DNA of 64,000 nucleotides, from the NCBI GenBank assembly GCA_026770705.1, contig JANJGN010000002.1:176638001-176702000 (forward strand), read 5' to 3'. The translations under genes were made by a program, and so were the position numbers. Origin of the DNA: Isurus oxyrinchus. Taxonomy: Eukaryota. The first letter of the stretch is position 1, and each line of letters opens with the position of its first letter. The notes under the pieces are model-generated. The model did not search any database. It was not told the origin of the DNA and saw only the letters and a program-made list of their open reading frames with translations. Shown one piece after another: positions 22,755-34,924 of the stretch.

Positions 22755-23530
22755 GCACCATCCTTCCCATGGAGACCTCCTTACACACATACGTGGGCAC
22801 CACTTCATCAGAGAGCAGGCAGGCGCACTCCTCCAACTCGTGTGCCACTCTGTTGAGGGCTTCCAACAGCTCTACATGATGTTTCCCCGCCTTCTGTTGT
22901 ATCTTCACGATGAGTAGGAAGGCCAATCCCAGAGTTCATCATCTGACTTAGACCTCATAGATGACTCTTTCCCCCCAACACCCTTGTTCCTCCTCCGTAA
23001 CCTCACCCCCGACACCTTCGTTCCCCCACTCCCAACCTCACCTCCCCCGACACCTTTGTTCCCCCACTTCTAACCTCACCCCTCAACACCTCTTCCTCTC
23101 TCCCAGACTATCCTAGACCTTTGTCTCCAACCCCCAGTACATCTTCCTCTCCCAAACACAGTTGGACCTTCCTCTTCACTCCCTCAACCATCATCCATTA
23201 TGAGCAGACCCTCAACTGTGTTTTTCCACCTTCTGTGAGCTGCTGCACAGCAGAGCCATGTCCATGAGAATCCACCCAGCATGCCACGGACGTTCCTCCA
23301 GTGCACTGTTGCTGTTGGGCTCCAGCATCTTCTGCTCCTCGGATATCCGTGATGTGAGCAAGGCCCTGACTTCTGCACATCACAAATGTCAAGACGTATT
23401 CTGCACCAGCACGTTTTCCCGCTGACGTGGGTGGATGATCCAGCAGTGGGGACCTTTTAATGATTATGCAGATGTAATACAATGAGGTTCCCGACATCCA
23501 GCAGGCACGGAAATGCCTGCCCATGCTATT
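22755..23530. mobile_element. Rearranged fragment of the same Harbinger family as 10721-14344
   Basis: 22755-22970 matches 12875-13095 directly; about 23000-23525 matches about 10830-11400 in reverse complement. Confidence 0.8.
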
Positions 23531-23596
23531 TTTCAGCTGTTCTCGTTGAAACCCTGCCAGCTATTTGATAACCCTGTCATCTAGGGGGTTTTTATA

Positions 23597-23685
23597 CAAA
23601 ATAAAAATACTGTAGATGCTGCAAATCAGAAATAAAATAGAAAATGCTAGAATCACATAACAGGTCTGGCAGCAGCTGTGGAAAA
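23597..23685 (-). mobile_element. Older PLE terminal fragment
   Basis: 'aaaatactgtagatgctgcaaatcagaaataaaatagaaaatgctagaatcac...caggtctggcagcagctgtgga'. Confidence 0.75.
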
Positions 23686-23709
23686 TATAATCTTGAAAAA
23701 TTCTGATTA

Positions 23710-24300
23710 CCTAAAAGTAGAGGGAAACTGTGAGCAGGGCTGTAAAATACTTCAGGAAGACCTTGATCAGTTAGTAGATTGTCAGATGGCTTGAAGAGAC
23801 AATTTCATGTGAATAAATGAGATAAAACACTTTGGATAGTAACTACAGGAATTCAGAATATCAGCTTCATAAAAAGAAGCTGAAGGGTGTGGATGAACTG
23901 AGATAACTAGAGGTTCAAATACATAATTCCATGAAAGTGCAAGGAGATAAATCCATAAAAGAGTCAGCAATTTTTTGTGTTTTACCAACAAGGTATAGAG
24001 TAAAACATTAAAGAAGTAGTGATGAATTTGTCATTGATTAAGCTATGGTCAGAATACTGCACACATTTTGGGTTCCCTAATATACTAAGGAGCCGAAAGA
24101 TATGGAGAACATATAATGTAGATTCAACAGAAAAGATGCCAGAGGTAGAAAAATACCATTAGGAGTAGAGACTTGAGATACGTTGAATATCTTCACTAGT
24201 GCCAAGAAGGCAAAAAGCAGATTTAACAGAGATTTGTGTGTATATAAATATAACATTGAATTGTGAGTCTCTGTTCTTATGCTCAGTGAAAACAAGTTTA
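23710..24300 (+). mobile_element. Highly decayed CR1 LINE fragment
   Basis: 'cttcaggaagaccttgatcagttagtagattg', 'aaaacactttgg', 'agaatactgcacacattttggg' recall CR1 RT C-terminal motifs. Confidence 0.55.
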
Positions 24301-24894
24301 ATAAATATATGCATCATAAATCATTAAGTTGGGGCTTAAGTGGACGGTTGGGGATTGGTGTTTGTCATGAAAATGTGTATCTGGCAGTGCCATGAGCAGA
24401 TGAGGGTATATTAAGGGGTTTAAAGGTTGGTAGGTATGGACATTTAGGGGAGGCACTGATCAGTGGGATAGAGGGTGGTGGTGGTAGTAGATGACAAGTG
24501 TTGAGTGGCAGATGTGGTTACAGACTTGGGAAGGAGAGGAAGAGGAAGAAAGTTAGCAATTCAGGGGAACTCAAAGACAATGAATGGTGAAGTGAGCACA
24601 GAAAATTTGGTAGCGATGAATGGAGTAGATGGCTGCAGATGGTGATTGAAAAAGAGTAGAGTTTAAAATGGATATATTTATAAATAATGGCAAGGAAGGT
24701 CTTGAGAGTATGGAGTTTTGTGGAAAGCAGTGGGGTGGGGGTTCCCACCAGGAGCCTGACTAAAAAGGAACACAAACTTTGGGAGAGGGATTAAACACAA
24801 CTCTACAAATGGGACTTATCAAAAGAACACACATAACATGAATGGGAGTTAAAAGACATAGAATTGGAGTGGAACTGAAAGAAACACAAACAGG

Positions 24895-25535
24895 TAGAGT
24901 GGAATTTTACACTATCCTGCCAGCAGGTTTGAAGGCGGTGGGGAGGGGGCGCATAAAAGGTAGCAGTGGCCTGCCCACAACCTACCTGCCCATCCTGACC
25001 TGTGTCTCGTTTTACAAGGGCACTATTTTACCCACAGCAGAGGAGGCCCACAACAAGTGAGTAGCCCGGCAGTTTTAGCTGCATAGGCTGGTATCAGGCA
25101 AGGGGGGGTGCCTCTTTTGGGGGACCCCTGTGCCCATTGGAGGCACCCCATCTTTAAGATCATATCCCCCCATTAACCCTCCCTCCACTGGCCTCTCATA
25201 CTCGGCACCCCCCACCCTACCACACCTCACCTCCTTGCCTGGTTCTGCCAGCCAGGCCCGGCTGGAATCCCAGGCTTACCTTCAGTCTGTCTCCATTTCC
25301 TCCTCTTCTTCGGGGAATGCCTGTAGTGGCCACCACTCAAGTCTGGCACTGCTGGGGCTACAGAGCTGTCGGCCATGCAATTGGCCAGCAGCTCTGTCAG
25401 ATGGGACTTGCTCCCCAGATGGGGGTGAAAGTCACATCTTTAGCCAATTAATGCCCCGCCGATCATTAAATGGCTGTGAGGTTGGCAGGCTGTTTTCCCA
25501 CCAACTCTGGGCCAGGAAATCCAGCCTTTGGGGAA
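24895..25535. mobile_element. Harbinger-type MITE, degenerate
   Basis: Ends G.GTGGAATTTTAC and GGAAATCCAGCC resemble the GGGC.GAATTTT-type TIR family; GC-rich interior. Confidence 0.5.
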
Positions 25536-25609
25536 AAATAAGGAAATGGTTGGGCTCCAGAAAGCGCCAAAAAGGTTATAGTGGTGAAAGTTTGGTTTAA
25601 TAAAACCAA

Positions 25610-25950
25610 TTCTCAGGACATGGTTGTTGCGAGCAAGGCCAGTTTTTGTTGCCTAACTCAGGTTGCAAATTGAACGGTTAAGAGTGAAACATGTTGGTGT
25701 GGTAGCAGGGTTCAGTATAGGCCAGATTGAGTAAGGACAGCATGTTTCCTTCCCTAACAGGTATAAGTAAAGCAGTTGGGTTTTTATAACTTCACAGTTA
25801 CTTTAACTGGCTTTTCATTTTCAGAGTTTTGAAATTAAATTCAAATCCACAATCTGCCATGATGGCATTTGAATTCACATTTTATGAATTATTAGGCCAG
25901 GCCAAGGGATTACTAGTCCAATAACATAATCATGACATTACCATACACCT
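25610..25950 (-). mobile_element. tRNA-derived SINE (same family as 27.6 kb and 40.8 kb)
   Basis: Shared blocks 'taggccaga...gtaaggac.gca..tttccttcccta', 'caatctgccatg.tggcatttgaa', 'ggattactagtcca'. Confidence 0.7.
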
Positions 25951-26145
25951 TGGCGATTGGTAAGTGCTAAAGAGATTCGGAAGGAACGTTGGAATGTCCC
26001 GGGAAATTTGTTGCTGGTCAGTTCATGTTCGTGCCATGAAGTCTCTGCAGAAAAACAAAGTGTTCAGAGTTCAGTTTGGAGCTCTAATGTAATGTTAAAT
26101 GATCCAACATTTTATTAACATCTATCGTGCAACATTATATTTACA

Positions 26146-26205
26146 GGGACGAGAGAGAGAGGGACGAGAGAGAGAGGGACGAGAGAGAGAGGGACGAGAG
26201 AGAGA
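26146..26205. repeat. Perfect 15-bp tandem repeat (GGGACGAGAGAGAGA)x4
   Basis: Directly visible. Bracketed by duplicated TTATATTTACAGGG at 26135-26148 and 26207-26220. Confidence 0.95.
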
Positions 26206-27629
26206 CTTATATTTACAGGGTCACCTTCAGACTAAATGCCATTGGCACCTTGAGGTCAAAATGCCAAATTCAATAGATGAAGTTGATATACCAAATTGAT
26301 GTTTTTAATTTCTGTGAGAAAAACCTCTACCAGTTTGTTTGGCAGATTGTTTTTAAGAATGATAGAAGAAGCAACTAAAGGTTAATTAGCAATAAGCTGA
26401 AATAAACAAAAAAAGCGCCACTCCAATATAACTAGATGTGAATGATGAGTATTGTTCCTTAAAACCCCATCTGTTTGTTGAAAGGAAGCCAATTTCAACA
26501 TCTTTTAAAATCAAGAGACAGAATGTGTCCAACAATGTTGCCAAATTAGCTAAAAAGTGACTAACTACAGTAGAATAATTCAAAAAATCACTAAATCTTA
26601 CATCATAAATTAACCTTTATCTTAAGATTTCAATTTCTCTTTGTAAACATGTCCTCATCCTAGTTAAGTGCTGCATCATTTATGTCCAGTGATACAATAG
26701 ATGTGCCCAACTTGGAATGAAATAGAACAAGCTTTATGTTATCTTGTGTCACGGACCATGATGGGAGGAGTGCACAGTTAATTTTAGCTCCACTTCTCCA
26801 CAGGTTGAGACAATAGTTTAAATGTTTAATTCACCCATAAAGCTGCCCAATTGTTTACCCTTTGATACTGTTAATTCCAGCATAAAAACATTCTAACCAA
26901 ACTTCTTTCACTAAATACAAAAAAATTAATTTATTAGAAAATAAACTACTTTTTAAAACAAGTTAATAAACTGGTTAACATATGAGTTGTAACTTAGGAG
27001 TGTAACTATTTTCCCTTTTTAAAAAAAAAACATATTCAAACCCCACACACTCGCACACAAACACAAAACAGGACAAAACAAACAGTCCCCTGCAGAGGCT
27101 GGAGTATGGGAAAGTTTCTTTTAAAAGGATAAAATTCGAAGCGATCTCAATGCTGTTGACCTAACAGAATTCTGGTCACAATAGGGCTGGAAGTTCCTTC
27201 AGATGATTTTTTTTGGTGAAACTGTCTTTAATGACTCTTAATTATCACAACTTTGCAGACTTTCAAATAAAACAGGTGACTTATTCCGATGAGACATTTC
27301 TGAGGGAAGTTTAACACAAATGTAGGGCAGAGAGAGGGAAAGAGAGAATGGCATATTCACAGCCTGGATTAATATTGCAAACTTTTAAAAACAAAAGAGG
27401 AAGAATGTCCAAAATACACTGATCTCCAATTTTTTCAAAAACAGGCTCCTCACAGTTGCCCTTAGATTGTATCCTTCTCATATTCAAGACTATTTACTAT
27501 TATGCTAGTCATTATTTCATAGATTTAAACAGAATTATTAATGAGAAGAAATGAAGTAGCATTAAGCAGGCTTTTTTTTCTGCTACACTTCAATCAATTG
27601 CTTTTGTAAACAAACATCTTATTTTTAAT

Positions 27630-27960
27630 TTGTTCATGGGATGTGGCAAGACCAGCATTTGCTGCCTATCCCTAGTTAAAGCAGCTAAGAGTCAACCAAC
27701 ATTGCTGTGGGTCTGGAGTCATATTTAGGTTAGACCAGGTAAGGATGATAGATTTCTTCCCTAAAGGACATTAGTGATTAGTGATGGGTTGTCTCAACAG
27801 AAAATGCCAGCTTCATGACCATTGCTGAGACTAGCTTTCAATTCCACATTTTTTTTAATTTTGAAATTTTAATTTCACAATCTGCCATAGTGTGATTTAA
27901 ACCCTTCTCTTCAGAATATTACATGTCTAGTGACAGTATTACAAGGCCACCATCTCCCCA
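27630..27960 (-). mobile_element. tRNA-derived SINE
   Basis: Matches 40767-41095: 'cattgctgt.ggtctggagtca.at.tagg..agaccaggtaaggatg', 'atctgccat'. Confidence 0.75.
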
Positions 27961-28249
27961 TTAACGCTGCATGCTATGACTAACTCTCCTACTTTGAAAG
28001 CTGGGATTCGGGCAGGTCATGGCAGTATTTGAAAAATTTGGGTACTCAAGACTATTGCTGCTTAACTATCCCAGTCAGGATTTCCCTAGGATCACAGCTA
28101 TTCCCTCGGTCTCTGCCCACTGCATGCAATTGGCCATGAGGGAAGGTCCAGGCCAACACTCATTTGTTGAACATGCATGTCTCAGATGAGGCCTTCAGTG
28201 GGATAATTGGCTTGATCTTCAATGTGTTATGTAATGCAATTGTCAATAA

Positions 28250-28440
28250 TCCACAAAGGGCTATGATTATCTCTCTCTATTAGAGCGAGAAACAATTGGT
28301 TATACAGCACATCCAGGGTGGGCATGGCAATGAGGCCTCCATGAGCTACCACAACTAGTACAGGGATTGAACCCATATTATTGGTGTTATTATACACCAC
28401 ACTCTAGTCATCTAGCCAACTGAGCTAACTGACCCCCTGA
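28250..28440 (-). mobile_element. SINE with tRNA-Ile-like head
   Basis: Minus strand GTTAGCTCAGTTGGCTAGA...GTGTGGTGTATAATAACACCAA...GGGTTCAATCCC resembles tRNA-Ile(AAT) but cannot fold as an intact tRNA. Confidence 0.55.
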
Positions 28441-29579
28441 TTAAAAGTTCTTGCTGGCACTTCTGATAATGCAGTGACCTCTTGCTGCACTATAATTCTG
28501 AGGTGCTAGTTGGCCTTCTCTTGGTGGTACCATTCATCAAAATGAGGCCATTTTGAAGCACAAATGACCATGCAGCAGAGTTAAGAAAAGGCTCATTGGG
28601 CTGCAGATCCACACACACTTGATAAACATGAAAAGGAGATTGTTGTGGAGGAAGGTGATGTACAGACTGATGATTGGTGAAGCATTCAGTGAATGAAAAC
28701 CACTTACAGTGACTGATACTTACTGCCACTGAACAACCTTGTCATTGCTGCAAAAATTCACACATTGTTGTCCCAAAGGTGAGCCTGCACTTTACTGAAG
28801 CTGATGGGCCATCTTTCAATCCTCTGTCATTTTCATGGTCCAAACATGGCCTGCAATAAGATACAATATAAAGATCATTATTTGGTCATTGTTTTTATGA
28901 AAATTTAATCCTCTACATCCTATCATCATTACCCTCAAGGATGCTTATCCAACCACCTAATCTAAGACGATGAGCTGATTCTTCACAGAGTCAGGAAGAT
29001 TGCACAGACTTTTAAAAATGTGGAGCAAGATCTGGATGCAAAAATTCTGCCCCCATTTCCAACAGATCTATTTTTTTGTCAGCAGAGGGAAAGGAGTGGA
29101 GGATTCACACAGGAAGGAAACCCAGATTCAGCAGCACCATTTGAACTTAGTTCAAACAAACCTCATTTTGGCTAGTCAAAGGGTCTTAATCCGCAGTTTA
29201 GGCGTCACAAATTGACAGAGTAGAGGTAAACACTCTTGAAAGGCAGTTAAGATCTGTTTAAGTGTCATGATCTGAAGTTTTTAAATCCCCTGCTCTTTAA
29301 ACCTGAAAAGGGGGAATGGGAAGGTGGATGGGGGCCCTTCAGTTGGCAAGGAGGGTCCATGGGGGTTATGAGTTTGGGTGTGAAGGTGTGTGAGGATTAG
29401 GGCTAGAAAGCCTAATGCACCTCAGCTCTCGCCTGCCCTCATGGCCACCTAGAATTTGCTTCCATGGTCAACAGTCTCGATTCATTCCTGAATCCAGCTC
29501 CCCAGAATGAAGATTGGGTCCCCCAGTCCATTAATACAGGCAATGAGACTCACACAAGTGGATATCCAAGATTTTAAGT

Positions 29580-30646
29580 ACATAGAAATATAGGAAATAG
29601 GAACAGGAGTAGGAATAAATTCTTTTTTTCAGAATGGCAGGCAGTGACTAGTGTGGTACTGCAGGAATCAGTGCTTGGGCCCCAGCAATTCACAATACAT
29701 ATCAATGGTTTAGATTAGGGAACCAAATACAATATTTCCAAGTTTGCCGACGACACAAAACTTGGTGGGAATGTGAGTGCTGAAGATGTTAAGAGGCTTC
29801 AAGGCAATTTAGACAGGTTGAATGAGTGGGCTAATGCATGGCAGATACAGAAGAACGTAGATAAGGGTGAAGTTATCCACTTCTGTAGGAAAAACAGAAT
29901 GGCAGAGTATTATTTAAATGGCGATAGATTGGGAAATGTTGATGTAAAAAGGGAGCTAGGTGTCCTTGTACACCAAGCAAGCATTCAGGTGCAGCAGGCA
30001 GTTAAGAAGGCAAATGGTATGTTGCCCTTCATTGCGAGAGGACTTGAGTACAGGAACAAGGATGTCTTACTGCAGCTGTATGGGGCCTTGGTGAGACAAC
30101 AACTGGAGTATTATGTACAGTTTGGTCTCCTCACTTAAGAAAGGATATACTTGCCATAGCGGGTGTGCAGCAAAAGTTCACCAGACTGATTCCTCGGATG
30201 GCAGTGTTGTCATATGAGGAGATATTGGGTTGACTAGGCCTGCATTCACTGGTGTTTAGAAGAATGAGAGGGAATCTCATTGAAATGTATAAAATTCTGA
30301 TGGGGCTGGATGGACTGGTGCAGGGATGATATTTCCTTTGGCTGGAGGTTCTAGAACAGGTGGATCACAGTCTCAGGATATGGGTTAGGCTATTTAGGAC
30401 CAGAAGACGAGAAACGTCTTCACTCAGAGAGTGGTGAACCTGTGGAATTCTTTACCACAGAAGGCTGTGGAGGCCAAGTCACTGAATATATTTAAGAAGG
30501 AAATAGATTTCTAGACCCTGAAGGCATTAAGGTGTATGGGGAGAGAGTGAGAGTACGGCGTTGAAATAGAGGATCAGCCGCGATCATATTGCATGGTGGA
30601 GCAGGCTCGAAAGGCCGACTGATCTACTCCTGCTTCTATTTTCTAT
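29580..30646 (+). mobile_element. CR1/HER1-type LINE 3' portion
   Basis: SKFADDTKLGG (about 29737-29770), ORF 29773-30138 (LQGNLDRLNEWA..WQ, QAVKKANGML.FIARG, LYGALVR..LEY), 3' UTR ending in 'ctactcctgcttctattttctatg'. Confidence 0.92.
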
Positions 30647-31305
30647 GGGCAGGATTTTTAGGTCCGCTTGCAGGTGCGATTGGTAGGCCCGGGAGCATTC
30701 AGAGAATGCACCGCCGACTGCGATTGGCCCCTGACCGCAATATCATGCTGGCTGGCTAATTAAATGCTCAGCACTGCCAGGGTGGGGGCAGAAGGAGGGC
30801 AGGCGCTGATGTAAGCACGGGCATGGGCGAGTGTGGAATGAAAGCTCCTTGAAGGCAGACAGCTGCCTCAGGGTGCTGAAGACTTCAAAAGTATTAAATA
30901 AAGATTTTAAAATCAGGACAAAAATGTCTAAGCATCAAAAACAGTTATCTGAACATATGTGTTATAAAAATTCTGTTCATAGATTTTATTTTTATTTAAT
31001 AACGGCAAACCTCATCCCACCCTTGGATGATGTTCCATGAAAAATGTAAAGGCTGCTTGGCCAATTCATCCATCTGCCAACCGTAAGGTTGGGTGGACCA
31101 TGAAAATTCGGAGACAATGGGCTGAATTTTCCAGTCGGCATGCCGGGCGAGGCCGACACACCAACGCGTGATGACATCGGGCATGCATCCCACCGTCAAG
31201 TTGATATTTCATTCGGCAGGTGTGTGCCAGAGGCGGCTGTGTGCCGGCTGGACTGTCAACAGCCTATTAAGGCCATTAAAAAAGTAATTAAGCTAGTTAA
31301 ATACA
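30647..31305. mobile_element. Harbinger-type MITE fragments (two adjacent left ends)
   Basis: GGGCAGGATTTT at 30647 and GGGCTGAATTTT at about 31119; interior matches 15702-16395 ('aaacctcatccca', 'ccaaccgtaaggttgg'). Confidence 0.7.
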
Positions 31306-32299
31306 CAATGACAGCCTCCACAAACCTCTGGAGTAGAGAATTCTAAGGATTTCCCACCCTTTACATTAACCTTTATCTTTATGAGAAAATCAAATTGTGC
31401 TTGTTTACTTTGTGCTTTGGGAGTTCCTTGCAGTTTTCTGTGGAGATGGTGCTCTGTAGTTGTCTAAACCCTTCACATACGGTCACAATGATTTCAAAAA
31501 TAGACATCCTCCATCAGCTGCTGTTTGCTGCTCATGATGGACCGAAAGGGTCTCATAAAGGCCTTTTGTTTCTGCACTGCTGCTTTTGAAATTTGCTTGA
31601 AAGGATCAGTAGCAATTCAAGGCTTCAGTCTCCTTAGCAACCAATAGCAGCATGACCCCATTCATGGAACTCAGCTGAAAGCTGCTGGCATAAGGGGATT
31701 GGATATTTCTCTGTATGATGACTTCCTGGGATATGTCCAGTCACCTTGGCCTGTGGACAGTGATGTCTGGATGGGTAGAGTGCAGCAAATCCACCTTGTA
31801 TATAAACACATCTTTCTCTTGCCGCTCCTCAGATTTTCCTCTAAACAAAACAAATTGAACACCAATGGGAATGCCCACCTTCAGAATTGTGTTTGAGGTA
31901 TTTTACATTGCAGCTGCTTGAATAAGCCACTGTTGGAAATTCAAGAACCACTGAAAAAAATTCCAAAATATGCGATAGCTTAGGTCACAACCAAAACTAG
32001 CAACACCTGCGAGTAAAAGCTAGCCGAATGAACAGGAAGTGCTATAGGAAAATTTACAGGTAATAAATGCTGCTTCAATAGTCTTGTGCCTAAAATGGCT
32101 AAAAGAGCTCTAGCAAGTAAGAACAACTGCTGTACATTCTTGATGCTGAAAATGTGAAATGGCACCAAGAGATATTTTCAGTTTATTTGCATAATTTTTC
32201 TAAGCTAAATGAAGGGAATGGATAATTGTCCCTTACTCTCCTGACCGATGTGGATTACTATTGGTGTATCTGTTCACATTATCTGCTCCAATGTCTCCA

Positions 32300-32780
32300 A
32301 GATTTGCAATAATGTTGCCAGGGCTTGAAAATTGCAGCAATGAGGAAAGATTGGATAGGCTGGGGTTGTTTTCCTTGAAGCTGAGGAGGCTGAGGGGTGA
32401 CCTGATTGAGGTGTACAATATTATGAGGGGCTTAGATAGAGTAGACATGAATGCCTTGTTGCCCCTAACAGAGGTCAATTACCAGGGGGCACAGATTTAA
32501 GGTGATTGGTAGAAGGATTAGAGGGGACATGAGTGTGGTGGGTGTTTGGAATTCACTGCCTGGCTTGTTGGTGGAGGCAGAAACCCCTAATTCATCTAAA
32601 AGGCACCTGCATCTGCACTGAAAGTGCTGTAACCTGCAAGGCTACAGATCAGGCGCTGGAAGATAGGATGAAAATGGGCAGCTAGTTATTTTCCTTTTTT
32701 CTTTTTTGGCTGGCACAGACATGATGGACCAAATGGCCTCTCTGTATACTGTAGCTTTTCTATGATTCAATGGTTCTATA
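32300..32780 (+). mobile_element. CR1 LINE 3' end
   Basis: ORF 32261-32500 [27 protein letters not shown], followed by the 3' UTR. Confidence 0.88.
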
Positions 32781-34442
32781 TTCCCTCTGGATCACATAAA
32801 TAAAAATTACATTTTGACATTATTTCAGATTGTAGTTTCATCAAAGCTACATGTGTGGTATGAGCTATGTAGCATTATAAATTATTACAATACTATGAAT
32901 TAAGTAAGATTTCTCCAGATATCAGGGTTAATCATTTTTCAGTGAAGTATTGGGGTTTTTGAAAAAAGTCTATTCCATGTACTTTTGTTTGGACACAAGC
33001 TATCTTGATTGTTTCTAAAAATGTCATTTTATAATTATTCCTGAAGAACATGCAGTTGAAATGAAAATGAATGCTTTAAGCCAGCACAGTTAACTAACCT
33101 ATAAACAGTGACATTTTAAATGAAAGGGTCTAACTAAAAATTCATTGTTTTTAAATCATTGTCTTTTCAAGTCTTAAAGAATGTAATGTCTTATCACAGG
33201 AACAGAAGGAACAGAATGTTTTGTTAAGTGGAAATCAATAATGATAACTTTGTAAGTTTCTTGAGGGCATGTACATCAACATGTACTTCACTGGAAAGCT
33301 TGGTGGAAAATGAACTGCCTGCAGTCTGTACAGCCAGAGCAGACAGAGCAAAGCAACTGGAACAGAAAGGATCATTGAGAACAAACGCCTACAGAGAAAG
33401 ACAAATGCTACAATGCATGGTTGTCCTTTACTTCAAAAAATTAGAGGAAAATTGTTTAATTTCATCTTGTTCATCATTTCTCCAGTTTCCATGTTGAAGC
33501 GTGATCCATGATCTTATTGCATAGCTGAGCAGGCTCGAAGAGCTGAATGACCTACTCCTGCTCTGAAGTCCTATGCTCCAATGTTTCACTTCCAGCAAAC
33601 CTGTTGTCCATCTTAAAACCTTAGGTTCAGCTTACAAATCTATATTTTTCCCCACTCATCTCCTTTCTGCAGAAACCCTGTTTTGCTTCAGGCCCTGAGC
33701 AATTAGGTCCAACCTTTAAAAAAATGGAGGCAGAGCTATATTGGGAGGACAAGGCTGTGGAGTGGAAGTGCTCACAGTGGTCACTTCTCATAGGCTAAGT
33801 CACCCATATTATATAGCAAGTATATATCCAATTACCTTTTGAAAATTACTATTGGATCTGATTCCACCACCCTTTCAAGTTTATTATTGAATCATATGAT
33901 CTGACTGTTTTATCTGGTGGACACAAAGGTTGCCTGTGTAGCCATTCTGCTGTCCACAAAAGAACATTGGAAATAGGAGCAGAACTAGGCCATATGGCCT
34001 CTCAAGCCTCTTTGCCATTCAGTAAATCATGGCTGATCTGATCTTGCCCTCATCTCCACTTTCCTGTCTGTTGCCCATAACCCTTGACTCCCCTATAGTC
34101 AGGAGTTTAGTGCTGCCGGAGCGCACTGGACTACTGCTCTGGCACCTCCTACTTAAAGGTTTTAATATTCGCCGCTGGATGGTAAACTCTCTTTTGCTGA
34201 TTGCCACCCATTATACACCCCATTTGATTTTTCTTACCACAGATCTCAGTGGAATCCACTCCATTAATTATCTGACTGGATTTTAATCCTCACTGCCCAC
34301 AAAATTAAAGTTGCTTGTTTCCCTGGGTAACACATGCAGGGCGATTTGGTCATTGATGGCAAAAATCAGAACTGGAGGGAAATCCTCTTGCAACCACATG
34401 GAGCTGTGTCACTCGTGATGCAGAAACGGTTTGTGCGGGGCC

Positions 34443-34530
34443 ATGTTGAGTGATTTCTACCTGCGTTATTATGTGAGGCACAAGGGCAAGTTTGGCCACG
34501 AGTTCCTGGAATTTGAGTTCAAGCTGGATG
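34443..34530 (+). pseudogene. MAGOH: Isolated copy of mago nashi homolog coding exon 1
   Basis: Translates [29 protein letters not shown]; human MAGOH begins [30 protein letters not shown]. Similarity stops after 88 nt, at the expected first intron position, followed by TCAAGAGT (no GT donor). In-frame stop at 34539-34541. Kozak-like GGGGCCATG. Confidence 0.9.
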
Positions 34531-34924
34531 TCAAGAGTTAACCGAAATGTCCAGAGCTCATGGTGGCTGTGAATCCGGAACCTGGAAAAATGAAAAGGTG
34601 GCGGAGGGAAGGCCAGGCCCAGGGTTCCGGACCTCACACTATCGCTGCTGAATGTTTCTGAGTCACTGTGCAGCAGCAGCAACCACTGTAACCCTCTTGT
34701 ACAGCTCCCTGACTGTAAAAGAACAGACACTTACAACTGCATACACACAGCTTTCTCACAGACAGACATTTTAGGGTCTTTGAAGCTCAAGGTTGCTGGA
34801 ATCTAAAGCAGCATCAATATCCCCAAACACTCTGCTGCATTTGCCAACTGAACATTAGTTCCTTGACTGTGCTGGCCTGAGGATGTGAAATGCAGTATAG
34901 CGTTTGTATTCCCTGCTGGCAGAT

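Noticed and set aside
28340-28440. Functional tRNA gene (also the heads at about 9770-9830, 19720-19790 and 41000-41095)
   Set aside because: A/B boxes are present but the cloverleaves are broken and continue into SINE bodies.
28490-28870. Possible minus-strand terminal exon (acceptor ...tcttattgcag at about 28851)
   Set aside because: All three frames close within about 36 codons and I recognise no homology or partner exon.
34350-34730. 126-aa minus-strand ORF
   Set aside because: Antisense to the MAGOH exon fragment; no recognisable protein.
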